Assembly (NCBI GenBank): GCA_946965045.2
Contig: OX337230.1
Span: forward strand, 806,001 to 870,000
Length of the DNA stretch: 64,000 bases
Reading direction: 5' to 3'
Source: Epithemia pelagica
Lineage: Eukaryota; Protista; Bacillariophyta
Each line of letters starts with the position of its first letter. The stretch's first letter is position 1. Positions 57,014 through 64,000 of this stretch are shown here, in pieces. Both the position numbers and the translations under genes were made by a program. The notes under the pieces were generated by a model that was not told the DNA's origin, did no database searches, and saw nothing but the letters and a program-made list of their open reading frames with translations.

Positions 57014-58543
57014 TCAGTTCTTTTTCCTTGGAGCTCGTAGGTTGGGCTGCAAGTCAATGACGGTGGTTGAGAAGTGCTGTTCCACAATGAATCGTCGAAG
57101 GTCATTCATGAGTCGACTCCAATTGCTTGCGGTAGTCAGGACAAAGTCGTTGGCCTCCATGGCAATCAAGAGTGAGGCCAATCCGGCCAGTGCAGGTGTT
57201 CCCCTTTCCGCTTTGATCATTTGGGCTCGGGATCTCCAATGTAACATCACTTGACTATAATTGGAAAACTCGTTGACAAAGGGATCTACGTACAAGTTCC
57301 AATGCGATGGCATGTTCTCACGCATGGCTTGAACTGCACTTGGATCTTCAGTGGCCAAATATATGTGCACCGGATCTTCGTCCGGACTGTTGCTGCTGCT
57401 GTTGGTGTGAATTGGCGTGCTGTCCGTCAAGCTTGTGCCCTGAGACTCTTGGACTTTGTCTCTTCGTCGTTGTAGAATTTGATGACAAGCATCAATGTAG
57501 GAGTGAATGCCCACTAAATCCATTTCGCCTTTTTTGTCTCCCCACCGAATGTGTAGGGTGATCAAGTTGGGTGGGACAATGCCATGAGGTGGAAAGACAA
57601 GTGGGAGCCTCTCAACGGCAGAATCTACGACTCGGGAAGAAACGCTTGAAAACAAAAACTCGGTGGCCGATCCAACAAATTCTTTTATGGTGAGGTTTGC
57701 TTTTTGTAGCGTAGATAGGCATTCATTGCGAACACGTAAATCCATCTGTTTAATCCTGAGTTGAGAGCTTGGAGGATGGCTCGTGTTGTCCTTCTTGGCG
57801 ACAACCTGCACCTTGGGTGTGGGGCACAAATTCTCAGATCGTGGAAAGTAGCACGTCATGGAAGAAGTGTCGTTGTTGGGACAACTGAGCTGGCTCCAAT
57901 AGTTCCACGGTCGAGGCGAAATGAGACGCTGACCGAGCTGCATGCCTCGGCACATGGCAAGGGACCACAGGTGCAAATCACTGCCCATTCCACAACAGTT
58001 TCGCCATGGAAAAAGTGCCTCCGGGATGTCACAGGAACTTTGATGAGCGGCGATTTGTTTGGCCATGGGAGAGTGCAAGTCCAAGTGTGTCCAATCCAGT
58101 CGCAAACGAGCCATAGGAACTGGCAACGACTTTTGTTCCTCCCCATCAATGGGTGGTGGTGTATCATTCTCCGCCATGTTGGCCGAAGCACGCGAAGGAC
58201 TCAAAGTCCCGTTGCCGTCATTCAGGATGGACGGCTCCAAGCTTGCGGGCGGATCTGCGGCGAAGGAAGAAGATTGATTGTGAATGGCAATCGCGCCCGA
58301 GAGGGACGAGACCCGGATGGATCGAGAAAGATTGGTCACCTGACGGATCTCACCTAGGAACGCCCACACACCAACAACGACGACGGCCATCCGCATCAAC
58401 CAAGTCTTGTTACAAACGGTAGGAAACTCATTGAGGTTGGTTGGACGTGTCCTCATGGGATCTACTTCCAGTGGCGAGCTGGAAAGAAACGAGTGCACAA
58501 ATTCACAACACAAGTATCCGGAATCCGGAAAAATGAGTGTCAT
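57014..58543 (-). CDS. Type II membrane glycosyltransferase, FUT8/NodZ (GT23)-like fucosyltransferase
   Basis: N-terminal TM, CGMGSDLH, LHIRWGDKKGE, IYLATEDP and FVLTTASNWSRL. The start could be at a downstream Met. Confidence 0.75.
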   Translation of the reverse strand: MTLIFPDSGYLCCEFVHSFLSSSPLEVDPMRTRPTNLNEFPTVCNKTWLMRMAVVVVGVWAFLGEIRQVTNLSRSIRVSSLSGAIAIHNQSSSFAADPPASLEPSILNDGNGTLSPSRASANMAENDTPPPIDGEEQKSLPVPMARLRLDWTHLDLHSPMAKQIAAHQSSCDIPEALFPWRNCCGMGSDLHLWSLAMCRGMQLGQRLISPRPWNYWSQLSCPNNDTSSMTCYFPRSENLCPTPKVQVVAKKDNTSHPPSSQLRIKQMDLRVRNECLSTLQKANLTIKEFVGSATEFLFSSVSSRVVDSAVERLPLVFPPHGIVPPNLITLHIRWGDKKGEMDLVGIHSYIDACHQILQRRRDKVQESQGTSLTDSTPIHTNSSSNSPDEDPVHIYLATEDPSAVQAMRENMPSHWNLYVDPFVNEFSNYSQVMLHWRSRAQMIKAERGTPALAGLASLLIAMEANDFVLTTASNWSRLMNDLRRFIVEQHFSTTVIDLQPNLRAPRKKN

Positions 58544-58812
58544 TCGCGATGAATGATGTATCGCCGATGTGGTTGATCGTCCTGCGCGCGGTCCGCGCGG
58601 GATTATGAATTATCGCGACTGGATTTTATTCACGAACCCGATGAGTCGTGAAGAATACGACCATGACACAGACACCAGACACGTCATCTCCGGAGCTCGT
58701 CGACAAAACTCCGTCAAAAGATACGATTGGGACACGTGTCGAACCAGGAGCAAAGATATTAATCTGGCTTCTGATTTCATGTATATCTCAGCGTTCTATT
58801 GCAAATTTTTAG

Positions 58813-59010
58813 ATCGGTAGTGATTTGTAGCTTTTTTCATTGTGAAAAGTCGCGATTGATTACTGCTAAGTTCGCGATAGGAATTAGGATGTTCATGATG
58901 TCCATTGTCCATGATGTGTCAGACACGCATCATACTTGTACTTGTACATGGAGAAAATTGACCGATGAGAAATGAGAATGCAAAAGGGACAAACGGAAAA
59001 CGGAACACCA
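58813..59010 (+). repeat. Direct repeat, copy 1 (copy 2 at 60099-60275, the ALDH upstream region)
   Basis: Shared blocks atcggtagtgat, gattactgcta, ccatgatgtgtcagacac, ggagaaaattgaccgatgag and gagaaatgagaatgcaaaag. Confidence 0.85.
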
Positions 59011-59473
59011 ATCAACCAAAGATTGCAAGAAGGATTCACGATCTTGCATTCGATTCTGCGTTGCAATTCCGATCCTCGTGGCGTCGTCGGAACACCGCGA
59101 AATTGCGTTTTGCGTTCTGGGTCGAGAATTGGATGGCAAATGGCAAACCAAAATCCCAAATCATCCAACCCACCGTGATGTGGAACCAAACTGCTAAGCT
59201 AGCTAGAATAAGATAATAGAAACTATCAAGATTACGATTGATTGTGATCCATGTTCATTGATTTAGGGCAATGTTATTCTTTATCTACGTAACTAATTGT
59301 GATCGGTGTGCATCCTCAATCCTCAGCCTTTCGTGTGCTATGCACTGCTATGTGACACAACAAACCAATGCACTGATAGAATGAAAAAATGAGATGGAGA
59401 CAAACGACACACACACGACATAGGATTAGCTACGATGAAGCTAGCCAAATAATGAGGATAAGCTGAAAACTCA

Positions 59474-59729
59474 AAACGGCAGATTGGAGCTAAGCGGCAG
59501 ATCGGAGCTAAACGGCAGATCGGAGCTAAACGGAAGAAAGGCGCTACACGGAAGGAGCGACGAGAAAACACGTAGGATTTTGTACTAGGAGGCGTTAAAC
59601 GGCAGAAAGGCGCTAAACGGCAGAAAGGCGCTAAACGGCAGATCGGAGCTAAACGGCAGATCGGAGCTAAACGGCAGATCGGAGCTAAGCGGCAGATCGG
59701 AGCTAATCGGCAGATCAGAGCTAAACGGT
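59474..59729 (+). repeat. 18-bp minisatellite (gctaaacggcagatcgga)n, about 12 copies in two blocks
   Basis: Directly visible tandem array with variants (aaaggc/atcgga) and a ~45-bp interruption. Confidence 0.95.
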
Positions 59730-60098
59730 AGAGCACGTAGTAAGTAGGACTGATCCATGACCATTTAATATCCCGGTTTGAATTTTTAGCTTGAGCCTTC
59801 TTAGCAATGATTCTGTCTTCTTTATGTGCTGATCCCCGAGTCGCTCACACCAACTCTATGTTTTGGGTCTTGGACAAATTTTTAAACTCTGTAGCTACTA
59901 GTTCTGCGACTCAATCTTATTCGGTTGCTAATGAATGTTCTAGTTGTCTATTTGGATGCTAATTGATTGTATCTATAGAGGTCAACAGTTTAAGCTACAG
60001 TTCTATCTGTTACGAGCCACTGCTACGAGTGTCATCTTGTCGACGTTGCGGACCATCAGGCGCAAAAGGCAATTTCGCGATGTTCCGTAAGATATAAT

Positions 60099-60275
60099 AT
60101 CGGTAGTGATATAAGTCGCGATCGATTACTGCTATAGGAATTGGGAGCTTCATGATCCATGGGACCAGGGACGGTCAATGATCCATGATGTGTCAGACAC
60201 ACCGGCCACCGGCCACGGAGAAAATTGACCGATGAGCGATGAGAAATGAGAATGCAAAAGACAAACGGAACACCA
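60099..60275 (+). repeat. Direct repeat, copy 2, upstream of ALDH
   Basis: Matches 58813-59010 with indels. Confidence 0.85.
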
Positions 60276-60367
60276 GCTTCTCATTCTTATTCGCCTCATA
60301 AAACAATAAGATCCATCTCGTAGAACGAGTCGTAAAACGAGAAGTCAGAAAAGATATATCATTCACC

Positions 60368-62056
60368 ATGGTTGCGTCGTGTGGCATTGATACCTCCAAA
60401 TTGGAGACCCGTTTGTTCATCAACAATGAATTTGTCAATTCCAAATCCGGCAAAACCTTTGAGACAGTCGATCCAGCCACGGAAGAAGTCATTTGTTCTG
60501 TTCAAGAAGCTGGCCCCGAAGAAGTGACGGCTGCGGTACGAAAGATCCAACCAGTCTTGCGCGTCGTCATTCTTGTCTCGTTCTTGCCTTGTATCTCACC
60601 CTTGTGTTGGTTGTCTTTTGCTCTTCTTGGTTCGACAGGTGGAAGCCGCAACGGCAGCCTTTGCCTTGGGTTCGCCATGGCGTACCATGGACGGCAGTGC
60701 TCGTCGTGACATGATGCTGCGCTTTGCCGACTTGTTGGAACGTGACCGTGATTATTTGGAACGCGTCGAAGCCTTGGACAATGGCAAGCCCTTGGGACAT
60801 CAAGGTCAGTACGGTACGGCCGTCGACATTACCCTCGTCATCAAAACCTTTCGGTACTATGCGGGCTGGGCCGACAAATTGTCGGGACAAACCGTCCCCG
60901 TCGATGGATCCCACTTTTGTTACACACGTCGAGAAGCCATTGGAGTCTGTGCCTGCATCATTCCGTGGAATTTCCCCTTGACCATGTTGTCCTGGAAATT
61001 GGCTCCCGCCTTGGCCTGTGGCAACACGGTCATTCTCAAAACGTCGGAAAAGACACCTCTCTCGGCCTTGCATGCCGCCAAGTTGTTTCAAGAAGCCCAA
61101 TTTCCACCCGGTGTCGTCAACATTTTGTCCGGCTATGGCAGTACGGGCGAACTCTTGGCCCGTCATCCCAGTGTGGACAAGGTGGCCTTTACCGGTAGTA
61201 CGGCCGTCGGACACAAGATTCAACAGTATGCGGCCGAATCCAATCTCAAAAATGTGTCGCTGGAATTGGGTGGCAAATCTCCCATGATTGTCTTGGACGA
61301 TTGCGATTTGGATCAGGCCGTGACCGTGGCGCATGTGTCGCTCTTTTTGAATCATGGACAATGCTGCTGCGCCGGATCGCGCCTCTATGTCCAGGAATCC
61401 ATTTACGATGCCTTTGTGGCCAAGGCGGTGGCCATGGCCCAAGCCATCAAGGTGGGAGGACCCTTTGAAGGAGATGGTTCCGTGGAACAAGGACCACAAG
61501 TCGATGATATTCAATTCAAGCGAGTCATGGGTTACATTCAAAAGGGCAAGGACGAAGGAGCCACTGTTGCTACGGGAGGAGATCGCCATGGAAGCAAGGG
61601 ATACTTTATTCAACCCACTGTCTTTACTGGTACGTTGCAGCAGTTTTGGTTGTTGTTGTTGTTGGTATACACATTCTGACACTGACTTTTTTCATTATCG
61701 TTGTTGTTTTGTTAGATGTGACGGATGGCATGACGATTGCGCAAGAAGAAATCTTTGGCCCGGTCATGTCCATTCTCAAGTTCCAAACGGATGCCGAAGT
61801 CATTGAACGAGCCAACTTGAGCAAGTACGGATTGGCCGCCGGCATTGCCTCGCAAAATACCGCCCGAGCCTTGTCCATGGCTCATCAATTGCGAGCCGGT
61901 ACTGTCTGGATCAACACCTACAACAACTTTGATCCTGCTGCTCCCTTTGGTGGATTCAAGGAATCTGGTATTGGACGAGACAAGGGTGAAGCGGGACTTG
62001 AATGCTGGCTCGAAACCAAGTGTGTCTTGATGCCCATTAACGAACCAAAGGCCTAA
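60368..62056 (+). CDS. NAD-dependent aldehyde dehydrogenase (ALDH1/2-like), 3 exons
   Basis: [20 protein letters not shown] (catalytic Glu), GQCCCAGSR (catalytic Cys), [18 protein letters not shown]; introns 60536-60638 and 61630-61715. Confidence 0.96.
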
Positions 62057-62678
62057 GTGCAGCTCAAGGAGAGCAAGAGAGACAGACGTTTGTACGCATG
62101 AGCTTTTTGCATTGCATGTGTCATTGTTATCCATTTCAAGAAAGAACATTCACTCGATGAGATACGCACCAACAGGGGGTACTCCCTTTAATTTAGGTAA
62201 ATAGCCGACTGAAAGTAGCAAACGAAGGAACCTAACTGTAGCTCCCATATGATAAAGTTCAGAACTGTTAGCCATACTGCCCATCCGATGGGATGCACGT
62301 ACAAATTCCAAACACAAAGTTCCATTCAGTGAACCATGGAGGATTCGCATGTATCGAATCAGATACCAGTCCTTGATAATAGAGTACGTAGGGTCCATTG
62401 GTTCCCCTGTCCCAAATCCCATCCAAACGATACGACGCAATTATTGATCGATTTTCAAGCTGTCTCGTCAAGAGATTCATTGAAGAAGGCAAAGGTCTAT
62501 TCTCTGTGCTCCTCCGCTAACTAAAGAATCAATAGTTACCTATACCTCCGAAGATGGAACAAAGGGAGATACGGACAACTAACCTCCCTACCGGATAGCA
62601 AAGTAGGAGTACCTAGCAAAAACGCCCCACCAACGCGATTCATCTTCCAAAGTCGATCATTCAAAAACGGAAGAGACG

Positions 62679-64000
62679 ATGGCGGAGACAAATGCCGTGG
62701 TATCATCCGCAAAAGAAGGATCCAAAGAATCTCTTACCATTGAAACGAAACATGATGAGTGTGCAGAAGCTAGCTGCATGAGCTCACCAGTGCAGAGAGA
62801 CCCACAATCCTCCAATGCGGACGACAACAATGATCCAAGTGCAAAACCGGATTTCCCGGAAACGGTAAATTCGGATTCCATCACATCCGCCGTCGCCATT
62901 CCATTGAGTGAACAAGAAACAACCTTGGTTCCGGAACAAGCAGTATCAAAGGGCAACAGCAAATCAAAATCTCCCAAACGAAAGTCTAGACTGGTAACAA
63001 GGAGTTCCAAACGCGTTCGTCCAAAGCATTCGGATCAACCAGCCGCAGAGAAGAAAGTAACGCTCCACGACATCACCGCTGCAGGATCCACTGCAGCAAC
63101 ACTACAAGCCATATCTTCTCAAGACACTTCTTCTCTGTCACTGTTGCGTTATGTTTCCGGTACCCAAGGCGATGGCACATCGGAGGGCGTGAACGGCTCC
63201 GCGTTGGCGGTGGGAGAGAAAACCCTGGTGGCACAAGACAGATTAACAGAAGCCACGGTGGGTCTTGAGGCGAATTCAGAAACTGAAAAGGATGGTTTCG
63301 GAAACTCGGATACGGTTCCTTTACAACAGTCATTCAAAGACCCTGTATCCTCAGACAACGATGTTGAAGGTCCAGCAGCTGCACCAAAACATGATCTGGC
63401 CGAAGGGAAGGATTCGTTAATAGAAGAAATGCCACCTCTGTCTCAAAGTGGCGAAGAAGAATCAGAAACTCCTGGTCGGAAAGGCGTTTCAGACTCGCTG
63501 AAGCATCATCATCATGCGAGCAGCAAGATAAAATCACCCGATACTTCGGATGAGAAGCCTGAGAAAGAAGAGCAGAAGATCGACGACAGTGAGGGGAAAG
63601 AGGTGAAGGAAACTGAACAATCAGCAGATAATAAGTCTTCCATCAATCTTTCTGGTGAGAAAGGAAGGCAGCTTGTTGCTTCTTCGCAGGACAAGGGTCA
63701 AATAAATGAGCGCCATTACATTGCCGGCTCACATTTCTTTTTGTACCGTTCCATGGAGGATTATCGAATAGCGGAATGCCAGTACTGCGGTCACTTGTTC
63801 CGATTCTGTACCGAGGAATCTTTGTTGAAAAGTATCTCTCGTCTGCCTCTTCATCTAACAAGAGACTGTACATGCTGCCCTGATTCTCTGAAGATGAAAT
63901 TGTTGAGGCTTGATAAACAGAAGAGGCATCAGTATCCTATCAGTGTCACTGAATTTACGAGCCAAGTTTGGAATCTTCCGGCACCTGTCCTTTCTTTAGA
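62679..64000 (+). CDS. Partial ORF running off the right edge: long disordered S/E/K-rich region then a C2HC-type zinc-finger-like block
   Basis: Stop-free from ATG 62679 to 64000 (read by hand; absent from the ORF track because it has no stop); CQYCGHLF...HLTRDCTCCPDSLK...QVW. Confidence 0.7.
   Translation, partial: MAETNAVVSSAKEGSKESLTIETKHDECAEASCMSSPVQRDPQSSNADDNNDPSAKPDFPETVNSDSITSAVAIPLSEQETTLVPEQAVSKGNSKSKSPKRKSRLVTRSSKRVRPKHSDQPAAEKKVTLHDITAAGSTAATLQAISSQDTSSLSLLRYVSGTQGDGTSEGVNGSALAVGEKTLVAQDRLTEATVGLEANSETEKDGFGNSDTVPLQQSFKDPVSSDNDVEGPAAAPKHDLAEGKDSLIEEMPPLSQSGEEESETPGRKGVSDSLKHHHHASSKIKSPDTSDEKPEKEEQKIDDSEGKEVKETEQSADNKSSINLSGEKGRQLVASSQDKGQINERHYIAGSHFFLYRSMEDYRIAECQYCGHLFRFCTEESLLKSISRLPLHLTRDCTCCPDSLKMKLLRLDKQKRHQYPISVTEFTSQVWNLPAPVLSL

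Noticed and set aside
59338-59736. ORF of LAPICR hexapeptide repeats as a real protein
   Set aside because: A by-product of the 18-bp DNA period, non-ATG start and no gene context; reported as a DNA repeat instead.
1-64000. tRNA, rRNA, snRNA genes and CRISPR arrays
   Set aside because: No T-loop/cloverleaf, rRNA signature or repeat-spacer pattern was recognised by eye; tRNAscan-SE or Infernal would be needed to exclude them formally.

Overview
Eukaryotic nuclear DNA, most likely from a pennate diatom. This is inferred from short GT-AG introns with GTAAG/GTACG donors, ASAF-type bipartite plastid presequences, an SLC4 transporter and a diatom Copia-like gag. About 25 genes or pseudogenes can be modelled. 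Apparently intact: APC amino-acid permease, METTL13-C-like methyltransferase, LCB1, glutathione synthetase, VWA/Cache membrane protein, PPR protein, ABHD13-like hydrolase, SWC6-like protein, SMC4, SmD1, a fucosyltransferase-like GT and ALDH. The accessory layer is rich. A large inverted duplication (about 16.7-23.9 kb vs 30.4-34.2 kb) carries a Kelch + ankyrin gene pair. A CDPK cassette bounded by 45-bp direct repeats is present in only one arm of it. There are two MITEs: a 100-bp one with a 10-bp TSD and a paralogous empty site, and a 479-bp one with a 3-bp TSD inside a Crinkler-like pseudogene. There is also a second inverted fragment duplication and an 18-bp minisatellite between direct repeats. 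Several conserved genes carry single disabling lesions: NUDIX-HAD (1-nt deletion), SLC4 (28-bp duplication that also creates a perfect 22-nt GT-AG micro-intron) and CDPK (TAA at the catalytic-loop Lys). All family assignments come from motif recognition by eye; no database search was run. No tRNA, rRNA or CRISPR was recognised.
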